A stretch of DNA of 63,604 bases, filler included. It is 6 parts of 6 records of this genome, joined end to end, with 100 filler letters (N's around TTAATTAATTAA, not from the genome) between each part and the next. Parts side by side here need not be neighbours in the genome. Positions count along the whole stretch, not along the records: positions 32,972 to 58,462 come from SRR31156797_10398; positions 58,563 to 63,604 come from SRR31156797_10408; 4 more parts are not named here. The stretch is one strand, 5' to 3'. Shown in pieces: positions 49,387 to 59,025 of this stretch (its first letter is position 1; each line of letters opens with the position of its first letter). The notes under the pieces were generated by a model. That model was not told the DNA's origin. It saw only the letters and a program-made list of their open reading frames with translations, and ran no database searches. Made by a program: the position numbers and the translations under genes.

Positions 49387-49890
49387 ATGATGAAAAAATT
49401 GGGAATTATATTAATTCTTTATGTTTTATTTCACTCAATTATTGTCTCATTTTTCAAAATAGATTATCCTCAGGAGATAAAAGAATTATGCAAAGCCTAT
49501 GGTATTGAAGAAGACTTAATACTTTCAATTATTAAGGTGGAAAGTAATTTTAGAGAAAAAATTGTATCACATAAAGGTGCTGTAGGTTTAATGCAGGTTA
49601 TGCCTTCAACAGCAAAATGGATACTGGAAAAAGAGGGCAAAGATCCAAGAGGGTTTGACCTCTATAATGCACGTGACAATATTGAGGTAGGTATGATATA
49701 CTATAGCTACTTGAGTAGAAAATTCAGGGGAAATATAACGCAGGTTATGGTAGCATATAATGCCGGAGCCTCTAGAGTTTATGATAATTCATGGAAAGAA
49801 ATTAAAGAGACACGGGAATATGTATTTAAAATTCAGGTCTGTAGACTGTTTTACAAATACAGATTATTTATTCGGAAATTTTTTAGTTAA
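49387..49890 (+). CDS. Lytic transglycosylase (SLT domain)
   Basis: IKVESNF, GAVGLMQVMPSTA, AYNAG, ETREYV. Confidence 0.9.
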   Translation: MMKKLGIILILYVLFHSIIVSFFKIDYPQEIKELCKAYGIEEDLILSIIKVESNFREKIVSHKGAVGLMQVMPSTAKWILEKEGKDPRGFDLYNARDNIEVGMIYYSYLSRKFRGNITQVMVAYNAGASRVYDNSWKEIKETREYVFKIQVCRLFYKYRLFIRKFFS

Positions 49891-49918
49891 ATAATAATTC
49901 TAAATTACGGGAGGAGTT

Positions 49919-50161
49919 ATGAACGAAAGAATTGCAACTCTTTCGATATTTATTGAAGAAAAGGATAGTGTTATAAAGGTTAATGATATTTTAACAGATT
50001 TTTCTAATATAATAATATCCAGAATGGGAATACCATATCGAGAAAGAAGCCTTTCAGTGATAGTATTAATTTTAGATGGTACAAATGAACAAATCGGAGC
50101 TCTTTCAGGGAAAATAGGAAACCTTAAAGGAGTATCTGTAAAAGCCGCAATGAAAAAATAA
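49919..50161 (+). CDS. TM1266-family [FeFe]-hydrogenase system putative regulator
   Basis: 80 aa, IISRMGIPY, LSGKIGNL.GV.VK; upstream of hydG. Confidence 0.85.
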   Translation: MNERIATLSIFIEEKDSVIKVNDILTDFSNIIISRMGIPYRERSLSVIVLILDGTNEQIGALSGKIGNLKGVSVKAAMKK

Positions 50162-50170
50162 AATAATTAA

Positions 50171-50311
50171 TAGACAATCCTAATTGCGAGGAGTAGATTC
50201 TAAGTAAAAGGGAAGGTTAATATATATCGAGGTGAAATAGGCTGTAAAGCTATTTTTTTCACATTTATAATGTTGTATTACTCCTTCCTTGTTTACAAGG
50301 AAGGTTTTTTT
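50171..50311 (+). promoter_or_regulatory. Structured leader with terminator and candidate antiterminators upstream of hydG
   Basis: Terminator CCTTCCTTGT-TT-ACAAGGAAGG-T7; upstream AGGAGTA and AGGGAAGG can pair with its 5' arm. Confidence 0.6.
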
Positions 50312-50353
50312 ATTATTGAAAAAAGTGTTGGGATTATGAGGAGGAAGAAATAA

Positions 50354-51772
50354 ATGGAACAAACATGGAAAGATGAAATTCAAAGAGAGAGTTTTATTAA
50401 TGGAGATTTAATCAATAGTTTACTAGAAGAGAATAAAGAGATTAGTGATGAGAAGTTTGAGTCAATTATGCAAAAAGCTGAAAGACAGGAAAGGTTATCT
50501 TTAGGCGATACAGCTGCACTTTTAAACATAACTGATGATTCAAAAATTCAGAAAATATTTGACTTAGCTAAAGGTATTAAAGAAAGAGTATACGGAAATA
50601 GAGTTGTTCTATTTGCTCCTTTTTATTTAGGGAATAAGTGTACGAATCTCTGTACATATTGTGGTTTTAAAGCTACAAATGAGGATACTTTGAGAAAAAC
50701 TCTAAATCTTGATGAAGAAGCAAAAGAGATTGAAGCTTTAATTGATGAAGGGCATAAAAGACTTATAATGGTTTATGGAACACACCCTGATTACTCGGCA
50801 CAATATATAGCAGAAACAGTGAAAAAAGCGTACACTGTTAAAAAAGGTAACGGAGAAATAAGAAGAGTTAATATAAATGCCTGTCCAATGAATATTGAAG
50901 ATTATAAAATAGTTAAAGATGCAGGAATAGGAACTTATCAAATTTTCCAAGAAAGTTATCATGAGGAAACATATAAAAAAGTTCATATTGCCGGAGAAAA
51001 ATCAAATTTTAAATGGAGATTATTTGGTTTAAGCAGAGCTATGGAAGCGGGAATAGATGATGTCGGAATAGGTGCATTATTTGGATTATATAAATGGAAA
51101 TTTGAAGTTATGGGATTAATGCAACATGTAGAACATCTTGAAACTGAATATGGAGTTGGTCCGCATACAATTTCATTCCCAAGACTTAATGAAGCAAACG
51201 GAGCAGTAAAAGATCCTGAATACTTAGTTGGAGATGCTGAACTAAAAAGAATAATTGCAATTCTTAGGTTAGCGGTTCCATACACGGGTCTTATTTTAAC
51301 AGCAAGAGAAACTCCTGAGCTTAGAAGAGAGTGTATGAAGTTGGGAGTGTCTCAAATTGATGCCGGAACACAAATTGAATTACAGGGATATTCTAAACAT
51401 AAAAAAGATCAGAATCTAAAAGCTGAACAATTTAAGATTGGAGACAGTAGAAGCCTTGATGAAGTTATGAGAGAATTAATGGCAAATGGATTTACACCAT
51501 CTTTTTGTACAGCGTGTTATAGATTAGGTAGAACCGGAGAACACTTTATGGAATTCTCAAAACCTGGATTTATACATAACTTCTGTACGCCGAATGCAGT
51601 TGTAACTTTAGCTGAATATTTGGAAGATTATGCAAGTGAAGAAACAAAAGAAGTAGGTTATGGATTAATAGAAAAAGAAGTAAATAAATCAACTTTAGCT
51701 GAAAAAACTAAAAAAACTTTATTTGAAAAATTAGATAAAATTAGAAATGGTGAAAGAGATTTATATTATTAG
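50354..51772 (+). CDS. hydG: [FeFe]-hydrogenase maturase, radical SAM
   Basis: CTNLCTYC, GPHTISFPR, C-terminal SFCTACYR...NFCTPNA. Confidence 0.93.
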   Translation: MEQTWKDEIQRESFINGDLINSLLEENKEISDEKFESIMQKAERQERLSLGDTAALLNITDDSKIQKIFDLAKGIKERVYGNRVVLFAPFYLGNKCTNLCTYCGFKATNEDTLRKTLNLDEEAKEIEALIDEGHKRLIMVYGTHPDYSAQYIAETVKKAYTVKKGNGEIRRVNINACPMNIEDYKIVKDAGIGTYQIFQESYHEETYKKVHIAGEKSNFKWRLFGLSRAMEAGIDDVGIGALFGLYKWKFEVMGLMQHVEHLETEYGVGPHTISFPRLNEANGAVKDPEYLVGDAELKRIIAILRLAVPYTGLILTARETPELRRECMKLGVSQIDAGTQIELQGYSKHKKDQNLKAEQFKIGDSRSLDEVMRELMANGFTPSFCTACYRLGRTGEHFMEFSKPGFIHNFCTPNAVVTLAEYLEDYASEETKEVGYGLIEKEVNKSTLAEKTKKTLFEKLDKIRNGERDLYY

Positions 51773-51789
51773 AAAGAGGTTGTTTTCTT

Positions 51790-52017
51790 ATGAAGATAGA
51801 TGAGTTAAAAATATATATTGAGAATTTAATGAAAAATAAAGAGGGAAAAGTTATGTTTGCTAAAAAAATAGGAAGAAGAAACGAATACATATTTTCTATT
51901 GGTGAAACTAATTATGCTCCTTCTGAAATTTTATTTGAAGATAATAAATATGTTATGTTTGTTGAAAGTTTATCTGATGAATTGCAAAATGAAATTATGA
52001 CATATCTAAAAGCTTAA
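51790..52017 (+). CDS. Small hypothetical protein
   Basis: 75 aa between hydG and aspA; AGAGG SD. Confidence 0.7.
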   Translation: MKIDELKIYIENLMKNKEGKVMFAKKIGRRNEYIFSIGETNYAPSEILFEDNKYVMFVESLSDELQNEIMTYLKA

Positions 52018-52034
52018 GTTATTTAGGAGATAAA

Positions 52035-53366
52035 ATGGAAACTAGAATAGAAAGAGATAGTCTTGGAGAACTAAAGATAGAAGATGCAAAATACTATGGA
52101 ATACATACTGCAAGAGCTATTTCGAATTTTAATCATAAAGGTAAATTAACCAATATTGAAATAATAAAAGCTATGTGTATTGTGAAGATTGCAGCTGTAG
52201 AAGCAAACTTTAAAGCTGGCAAAATTACTGAAGAACTAAAAAAAAATATAACAGAATCAGCGGAAGAGATTTATAATGGTAGATATGACTCTGAATTTCT
52301 TGTTCCGGCTATACAAGGCGGAGCAGGGACTTCTGTCAATATGAACGTTAACGAGGTTATTGCAAATGTAACACTTGAAAAAATGAATAGGGCCAAAGGA
52401 GAATATGAAACTATTCATCCAATAGAACATGTGAATCTAAGCCAATCTACAAATGATGTTTATCCAACAGCAATAAAAATAGCAGTGATAAAAATATTAA
52501 GAGAATTAGTTGATGAAATAATGGAACTGCAAAATTCTCTACAAGATAAAGAGTATGAATTTTCGAATATTTTTAAAATAGGAAGAACACAATTTCAAGA
52601 TGCCGTTCCTGTAACGCTTGGACAGGAGTTTTCAGCATTTGCTGAAGCAGTTTCAAGAGACAGGTGGAGACTTTATAAAATAGAAGAACGTATTCGTAGA
52701 ATAAATATCGGTGGAACAGCAGTTGGGACAGGAGTTGGAGCAAGTCTAAAATATAGATACTATGTGAGTGAAGAGTTAAAAAGACTTACAGGTTATGGAC
52801 TTGCCAGAGCAGAGAATTTAATAGATGCAACTCAAAATTTAGATGCTTTTGTAGAAATTTCAGGATTACTTAAGACTCTTGCTGTAAACTTAAATAAAAT
52901 AGCACGTGATCTTAGATTAATGTCAAGTGGACCAAATGCCGGGTTAAATGAAATAAACTTAACTGAACTTCAGGTTGGGTCTAGTATAATGCCTGGGAAA
53001 GTAAATCCGGTTGGTGCAGAATTTATTCAACAAATTTACTATAAAGTTACTGCAAATGATTTGATGCTGAGTATGGCCTGTGCAGATGGTGAATTTGAAT
53101 TAAATGCTATGACACCAATTGTTGCTGAATCAATTCTTGAGAGTTTAGAACTTCTACGAGATGGAGTTAAAATTTTCAATGAAAAAGTTATAAAAGGAAT
53201 TACTGCTAACGAAGAAGTTTGTAGAAAGTACTTGGAAAGCAGTTTAACCAGAGCAACTGAGTTAATCGACAAGTTAGGATATGAGAAATTAACTGAAATA
53301 TTAAAAGAAAGTCAAAAAACAGGTAAAAGTTATATTGAAATCATTAGCGAAAAGAATTTGATTTAA
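52035..53366 (+). CDS. aspA: Aspartate ammonia-lyase
   Basis: QGGAGTS.NMN.NE, QSTNDVYPT, GSSIMPGKVNP. Confidence 0.88.
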   Translation: METRIERDSLGELKIEDAKYYGIHTARAISNFNHKGKLTNIEIIKAMCIVKIAAVEANFKAGKITEELKKNITESAEEIYNGRYDSEFLVPAIQGGAGTSVNMNVNEVIANVTLEKMNRAKGEYETIHPIEHVNLSQSTNDVYPTAIKIAVIKILRELVDEIMELQNSLQDKEYEFSNIFKIGRTQFQDAVPVTLGQEFSAFAEAVSRDRWRLYKIEERIRRINIGGTAVGTGVGASLKYRYYVSEELKRLTGYGLARAENLIDATQNLDAFVEISGLLKTLAVNLNKIARDLRLMSSGPNAGLNEINLTELQVGSSIMPGKVNPVGAEFIQQIYYKVTANDLMLSMACADGEFELNAMTPIVAESILESLELLRDGVKIFNEKVIKGITANEEVCRKYLESSLTRATELIDKLGYEKLTEILKESQKTGKSYIEIISEKNLI

Positions 53367-53512
53367 ATTTGTTTATATTTGAAAACTGAAAGAATAGACT
53401 TTATGTCAAAAAAACTTTTTTTAATCAAAAAAAACATCAAAAAAAGTAAAAAAAGTTGGAAAATAAAAAAGACACGTGTTATAATATAAGTGAAGTATAT
53501 GGGAGTGTTCAA

Positions 53513-53980
53513 ATGATAAGTATGATAGCAGCTTTTGATGAGAATAATTTAATTGGTAGCAATAATAAGTTACCATGGAATATTAAAGAAGATTTAATGA
53601 ATTTCAAAAAAATTACTTCAAATCATGTTGTTGTAATGGGAAGAAAAACATTTGAAAGTATAGGTAAAGCACTTCCTAATAGACGTAATATAGTTATTAC
53701 AAGAAATAGTAATTTTAGGGCAGAAGGGATAGAAGTTTATAATAACTTAGAAAATTTATTAGAGAGTTTTGATATGGCGGAAGAGGTCTTTGTAATTGGC
53801 GGGAGTGAAATTTATAAAAACACTTTGAAGCTTGCCGATAGATTATATATTTCTCATATTAAAGGAAAATATGACGGTGATGCTTACTTCCCGATGATTG
53901 ACTATAGAGGGTGGTCGGTTATTAAGAAAAATGAATTTGAAAAATTCACTTTTAAAATTTATGAGAGAATATCAAAATAA
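53513..53980 (+). CDS. folA: Dihydrofolate reductase
   Basis: LPW...DL..FK, MGRKTFESIG..LPNRRN, IGGSEIY, GDAYFP; start at ATG 53513. Confidence 0.93.
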   Translation: MISMIAAFDENNLIGSNNKLPWNIKEDLMNFKKITSNHVVVMGRKTFESIGKALPNRRNIVITRNSNFRAEGIEVYNNLENLLESFDMAEEVFVIGGSEIYKNTLKLADRLYISHIKGKYDGDAYFPMIDYRGWSVIKKNEFEKFTFKIYERISK

Positions 53981-54006
53981 TAAGTTAATAAGGAGAGTAA
54001 CAAAAA

Positions 54007-54570
54007 ATGCCTAAAAAAATAGTTTTTACAAGGGATGAAATTATCAGACAATCATTTGAGTTGTTAAAAGAGAGAGGTATAGAGGAGATTACAGCTAGGA
54101 ATATTGCAAAAAGAATGAACTGTTCTCCAGCACCAATCTATAACTGTTTTACTTCGATGGATGAGTTGAAAGAGGTTATTTTAACTAAAGCTAAAAACTC
54201 ATTTATGGAGTATGTAAAAAAACCATATACTGATAGAACTTTTTTAAATGTTGGTATGGGAATTGTGCTATTTGCACAACACGAAAGAAAACTTTTTGAT
54301 TCTATATTTTTGAGAAAAGAAGAATACATTGATCTAATTAACGAATTCAATTCTATGATTTTTGAAGAGTTTGATAAAAACGAAAGTACTAAACAATTAT
54401 CAGAAGAAAAAAGAAGATGGCTTTTACATAAGTGTTGGATCTATTCTCATGGTTTAGCTACGTTAGTTTGCACGAACTATATGCCTGATGTAACAGAGGA
54501 ATACTTAAAAGAAAATCTTACTGAAATAGGTGAACTTTTCTTAAAAGAAGCAATAGCAACAAACAAATAA
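54007..54570 (+). CDS. TetR/AcrR family regulator (WHG-like C-terminus)
   Basis: TARNIAKRMNCSPAPIY HTH; WIYSHG. Confidence 0.88.
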   Translation: MPKKIVFTRDEIIRQSFELLKERGIEEITARNIAKRMNCSPAPIYNCFTSMDELKEVILTKAKNSFMEYVKKPYTDRTFLNVGMGIVLFAQHERKLFDSIFLRKEEYIDLINEFNSMIFEEFDKNESTKQLSEEKRRWLLHKCWIYSHGLATLVCTNYMPDVTEEYLKENLTEIGELFLKEAIATNK

Positions 54571-54582
54571 GTTCCGAATATA

Positions 54583-54616
54583 AAAGAACCTCTTTTAAAT
54601 ACAAGGGGTTCTTTTT
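54583..54616 (+). terminator. Intrinsic terminator
   Basis: AAAAGAACCTCTT...AAGGGGTTCTTTT. Confidence 0.7.
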
Positions 54617-54674
54617 GTTTTTTTTGAATAAAAATTGAAAATAAAAAAAGCGGGGAATCCCGCTAATTAACTTG

Positions 54675-55091
54675 CTATTCAGTTTTCATATTAGATATAT
54701 CAACTATTTCAACCTGAACATCTGCTGTATCCTGACCTTTGTCAGCAATTTTATTGAATGCCTTTTGACTTAAGCCTATAATTTGTCCTTTAGCATAAGG
54801 ACCTCTATCATTTATTGTTACGTCAACACTTTTACCATTTTTGATATTTGTTACTCTAACCACAATTCCAAAAGGGAGAGTTTTATGCGCTGCTGTAAAT
54901 TTTTTCATATTAAATTTTTCACCGCTAGCAGTAAGCTTGCCGTGATATCTTTCTCCGTACCAAGTTGCCTTTCCAAGAAGTTCATGAACTTTAACATATT
55001 GTTTAGTCAATCGCTTTCTTTCGGACATTTCGGAACAGGATCCGAATAATAAAATTATTAAAAATAATAAAACGAGTTTTAATATTTTCAT
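54675..55091 (-). CDS. rlpA: RlpA-family lytic transglycosylase lipoprotein
   Basis: Lipobox [28 protein letters not shown]. Confidence 0.85.
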   Translation of the reverse strand: MKILKLVLLFLIILLFGSCSEMSERKRLTKQYVKVHELLGKATWYGERYHGKLTASGEKFNMKKFTAAHKTLPFGIVVRVTNIKNGKSVDVTINDRGPYAKGQIIGLSQKAFNKIADKGQDTADVQVEIVDISNMKTE

Positions 55092-55215
55092 TTCGGTATA
55101 TCCCCCTTAATTTGAAACTAATAATTTATTTAAAGTAACTAATTGCATTTTAATTCTACTATGAGAAAATTAAAATGGACTTAATATATTTATCAATTTT
55201 TTTAAATAATAAATT

Positions 55216-56448
55216 TTAATTATTTTCCATCCAATCAAAATAAACTTCCGGAAATGGCTTAAGAGCTCTGTCAAGAATACCATGTAAAGACGCAATGCAA
55301 AGCCCATAATTAATTATCGGCACTCCATGTTCAAAACTTGTTTCGATTCTATTTACCATCTCTTTTCTGTTAAGTGTACATCCACCACAATGAATAACCA
55401 GTTTGTAATCAGTTAAATTATCCGGATAGTCTCTTCCTGAGCAAAATTCAAACTCTATTTCACTATCAATATGTTGTCTGATCCACCTAGGGATTTTGAT
55501 TCTTCCAATATCATCAGGTTGAGCATGATGTGTACAAGCTTCTGAAATTAATACTTTATCACCGGATTTAAGGTTTTTTAGTGTTTTAGCTCCCTGAACT
55601 AATTTAAATAGATCTCCTTTATATCTTGCAAATAAAATAGAAAAAGAAGTTAACATTATATCGTCAGGAGTATCAGCACTAACTTTTGCGAATTCCTGAG
55701 AATCCGTAATAACTAACTTAGGTTTTTTTCTTAAACTATTAAGAGTCCATCTAAGCTCTCTCTCTTTACAAGCATGAAAGACACCGTCATTATCTAAAAT
55801 ATCTCTCATTGTTTGGATTTGCGGTAAGATAAGTCGTCCCTTAGGCATTCCTGTATCAATTGGAATTACTAAAACTACATCGTCACCCGGTTCGATTAAA
55901 TCACCTAAGATAGTAGGTTGCTCAAAGCTTTTAGGGCTGTGTGTAATAATTAGTTTTTTTAATTCTGTAATATTCTGTTTTTTATCAGCAGAGATTTCAA
56001 TAAAATTATACTTATCCTGCGTTAAAGAATCTTTAAGATTATCAGAGGCTGTGTTCAGATCACTTTTGTTGATTACGACTAAAAAATCAGTAGAGTTCTT
56101 TTTAAGTAAGTCAATAATTTTATAATCAAAATCAGTAAATCCGTTATGATCAATAACTAATAAAGCGATATCAGTTTTCTTGATAACCTCTATAGATTTT
56201 TTTATTCTTAATTCTCCCAGTTCACCGACATCATCTATTCCGGCTGTATCTATTAAAACAACAGGACCGATAGGCAAAATTTCCATAGCTTTATAGACGG
56301 GATCTGTTGTAGTTCCTGCATAATCAGAAACAATAGCTAAATTCTGGTTTGTAATTGCATTAATAAGAGTAGATTTACCCATATTTCGCTTTCCAAAGAT
56401 AGCTATATGTAATCGGTTAGCTGTAGGTGTTTTATTTAAATTGGACAT
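55216..56448 (-). CDS. hydF: [FeFe]-hydrogenase maturation GTPase
   Basis: GKRNMGKS, GTTTDPV, DTAG, NKSD, EACTHH...HCGGC. Confidence 0.95.
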   Translation of the reverse strand: MSNLNKTPTANRLHIAIFGKRNMGKSTLINAITNQNLAIVSDYAGTTTDPVYKAMEILPIGPVVLIDTAGIDDVGELGELRIKKSIEVIKKTDIALLVIDHNGFTDFDYKIIDLLKKNSTDFLVVINKSDLNTASDNLKDSLTQDKYNFIEISADKKQNITELKKLIITHSPKSFEQPTILGDLIEPGDDVVLVIPIDTGMPKGRLILPQIQTMRDILDNDGVFHACKERELRWTLNSLRKKPKLVITDSQEFAKVSADTPDDIMLTSFSILFARYKGDLFKLVQGAKTLKNLKSGDKVLISEACTHHAQPDDIGRIKIPRWIRQHIDSEIEFEFCSGRDYPDNLTDYKLVIHCGGCTLNRKEMVNRIETSFEHGVPIINYGLCIASLHGILDRALKPFPEVYFDWMENN

Positions 56449-56651
56449 TTAACCCTCCTAAATATTATAAAAAATACATTAGTATTTTACCATATATATC
56501 AAATTTATCATAGAGTGATTTTAAAAGATAAAAAACAGGAAAATAAAAAAAATTAAAAAAAATTTGCATTTTTTGTTTTTTTTACTAAAATAAATATAAA
56601 GATAATGAAAAAACAATTAAAATTTATATAAGAAAGATTAAGGAGGGCAAA

Positions 56652-57596
56652 ATGAAATTCCCAAAATTAAAAATTGGTGATTTAGACATAAAAATTCCTA
56701 TTATTCAAGGAGGAATGGCGATTAAAGCGTCTACAGCTAAACTTGCAGCAGCAGTTGCAGAAGAGGGTGGGATAGGTTTAATAGCAGCGTCGGCAATGCC
56801 ACATGATGAATTAAGAGAACAGATAAGAGAAGCAAAAAGATTAACAAACGGAGTAGTTGGTGTAAATATAATGTTTGCTGTTAATGATTTTTCCGAGTTG
56901 GCAAAAATCTCAATAGAAGAAGGAATAGATGTAATTGTATGTGGAGCAGGGTTTTCCAGAGATATTTTTCCTATAGGAAAAGAAGCCGGAGTACCAATTG
57001 TACCGATTGTATCATCACTTAAATTAGCAAAAATTTCTGCAAGACTAGGTGCGAGTGCTATTGTTGTTGAAGGTGGAAACGCCGGAGGACATTTAGGAAC
57101 AGATCAGGATTCATGGGATATTATTAAAGAGATTACAGAAGTAGTAAAAATTCCTGTTATTGGAGCTGGTGGAGTAGTTACTCCTGAAGATGCAGTAAGA
57201 ATGTTTGCACTTGGTGTAGATGGTATCCAGATGGGTACGAGATTCGTTGCAACTGAAGAGTGTGAAGTATCTGATGTGTTTAAAGAAGTGTATTTAAAAG
57301 CTAAAAGTGAAGATGTAGTTAAAATAGATAGTTCAGCAGGACTACCTGCAAATGCAATAAAAACTCCTTTCGTAGAAAAATTATTAAGAGGAGATGACGA
57401 TATTAAACCTGAATCATGCCATAATTGTCTTAAAAAATGTACATTCTCTTTCTGTGTAAATAGAAGACTTGTACTAGCTCATGATGGAGATTACGAGAAC
57501 GGTCTTTTCTTCAGTGGGCATGACGTAGGGAAAATTAATGACATTATTACAGTAAAAGAAGTGTTTGATAGATTTAAAAATTACGAGGCAGAATAA
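56652..57596 (+). CDS. Nitronate monooxygenase / FabK-FabX family flavoprotein
   Basis: PIIQGGM, AGGHLG, QMGTRF, CHNCLKKC...FC. Confidence 0.85.
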   Translation: MKFPKLKIGDLDIKIPIIQGGMAIKASTAKLAAAVAEEGGIGLIAASAMPHDELREQIREAKRLTNGVVGVNIMFAVNDFSELAKISIEEGIDVIVCGAGFSRDIFPIGKEAGVPIVPIVSSLKLAKISARLGASAIVVEGGNAGGHLGTDQDSWDIIKEITEVVKIPVIGAGGVVTPEDAVRMFALGVDGIQMGTRFVATEECEVSDVFKEVYLKAKSEDVVKIDSSAGLPANAIKTPFVEKLLRGDDDIKPESCHNCLKKCTFSFCVNRRLVLAHDGDYENGLFFSGHDVGKINDIITVKEVFDRFKNYEAE

Positions 57597-57614
57597 TATA
57601 TAACTATATACTAT

Positions 57615-57643
57615 AAAAACTCCTATTAATTTAGGAGTTTTTT
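57615..57643 (+). terminator. Intrinsic terminator
   Basis: AAAAACTCCTA...TAGGAGTTTTTT. Confidence 0.7.
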
Positions 57644-57755
57644 ATTTAATAAACTTAAATTAAAATATTGCAAAAAAGCATAAAATATGATATTATTAAG
57701 ACTCGCGGTGATGAAAAATATTGCTTCGAAAAATATGTTTGTTAAGAAAAATTAC

Positions 57756-57784
57756 TTGACAAAATTTTGGAACTTAAGTATAAT
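57756..57784 (+). promoter_or_regulatory. Consensus sigma-70 promoter of yceD-rpmF
   Basis: TTGACA-17 nt-TATAAT. Confidence 0.85.
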
Positions 57785-57818
57785 AACTAAGGTATTTTTT
57801 TAGATGAAGGTGAGACTC

Positions 57819-58319
57819 TTGAAAATAAATGTAGAAGAGATGTTAGCAGAGGGAAGCAGAAGACTTACTTTAAAAGAAAGTTTATCTGATGTGAAACTTG
57901 ATGATGCAAAGTTACTGACTCCTGTTGAGATTGAAATAGAGCTTAATGTAATTGATAAAGAAGTTTATATTAAGGGAGAATTTAAAACAAGTGTTGAACT
58001 TGGATGTGTAAGATGTCTGAAGGAATTTCAACTTGATTTATCAGGTGAAATTGAATCAACTTATATGTTTGAAAATGAATTCAGAAATATGATTGATGGC
58101 CTTGAAGATGAGTATGAGGCAGAACATGAAGCAGTTGAATGTCTTAAAGACGGAATTGTTGAAGTTTCTGAACTTGTAAGAGAGCACATTATACTGGAGA
58201 TACCACCATATCCGATTTGTGATGAAAACTGCGAAGGACTTGAGGAGTTTGAAAAGTACAAAGATGACGGAATGGATTCTAGATGGCAACAGCTGTTAGA
58301 TATTACAAATAAGAAATAA
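57819..58319 (+). CDS. yceD: DUF177/YceD family protein
   Basis: CVRCL, CDENCEGL, DSRWQQL; upstream of rpmF; TTG start after AAGGTG (ATG 57804 is an alternative). Confidence 0.88.
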   Translation: MKINVEEMLAEGSRRLTLKESLSDVKLDDAKLLTPVEIEIELNVIDKEVYIKGEFKTSVELGCVRCLKEFQLDLSGEIESTYMFENEFRNMIDGLEDEYEAEHEAVECLKDGIVEVSELVREHIILEIPPYPICDENCEGLEEFEKYKDDGMDSRWQQLLDITNKK

Positions 58320-58343
58320 GATATATAGGAGGTTTGAAAACAA

Positions 58344-58462
58344 ATGGCAGTACCTAAGAAGAAAACTTCTAAAGCTAAAAGAAATATGAGAAGATCACAT
58401 CATGCTATAGAGGCAGTAAACCTGTCTACTTGCGATAACTGTGGAGCACCTAAGAGACCTCA
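58344..58462 (+). CDS. rpmF: 50S ribosomal protein L32 (3' partial)
   Basis: [21 protein letters not shown]...[18 protein letters not shown]. Confidence 0.95.
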
Positions 58463-58562
58463 NNNNNNNNNNNNNNNNNNNNNNNNNNNNNNNNNNNNNN
58501 NNNNNNTTAATTAATTAANNNNNNNNNNNNNNNNNNNNNNNNNNNNNNNNNNNNNNNNNNNN
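58463..58562. other. Artificial contig linker
   Basis: N-run + TTAATTAATTAA + N-run. Confidence 0.98.
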
Positions 58563-58890
58563 CCTTTCGGACTTCTTCATATGAATGATATCTGTAGGCA
58601 CGAGCAGATTCGTATATCTGTTGTGAATAGTTTGCTTCATGTGTTAATTCGCAATACCCATCTGCGAGTGTCGAAGCCCATTGATCTCCCAGCACTGCCG
58701 ATGCCCATGAGAGAAGTTCGTGACCGATTTGCACAAACCATTCCGGATGCCTCTCGTGTGTATTGCGCACAGAGGGAGCGAGGATGGGATACTGCTTTTC
58801 GAGTGTATCCAGAAAATGCGAGACTAACTCACTGGTCGGGATTGTATCAGTCGAATGGTTTTGATCTGCTGCAGTCACCTGACACCTCAT
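58563..58890 (-). CDS. 5' part of a hypothetical protein (possibly a methyltransferase N-terminus)
   Basis: Frame open to the gap; YRYHSYEEV; function is a guess from context. Confidence 0.45.
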
Positions 58891-59025
58891 TCACTTCGAA
58901 AACAGGATCAGTCAGAACACCGCCTTCAGTGTTCCCAGAAACCCTTGCGGTGTCAACGACCCTGGGGCTCGGTCTCGGCGTATCCGGCCCTTGAAAAAAA
59001 CGGCTCCAGGGGCATACTTGCGCGT

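Noticed and set aside
50171-50311. Assignment of the hydG leader to PyrR, T-box or lysine riboswitch
   Set aside because: AATCC...GAGG spacing does not fit PyrR, there is no GGTGGxACC T-box, and lysine core motifs are missing; left unassigned.
11879-58562. Five copies of TTAATTAATTAA flanked by N runs
   Set aside because: Identical 100-nt six-frame-stop assembly linkers. They are not biological, and genes on either side are not neighbours, so no cross-contig system is proposed.
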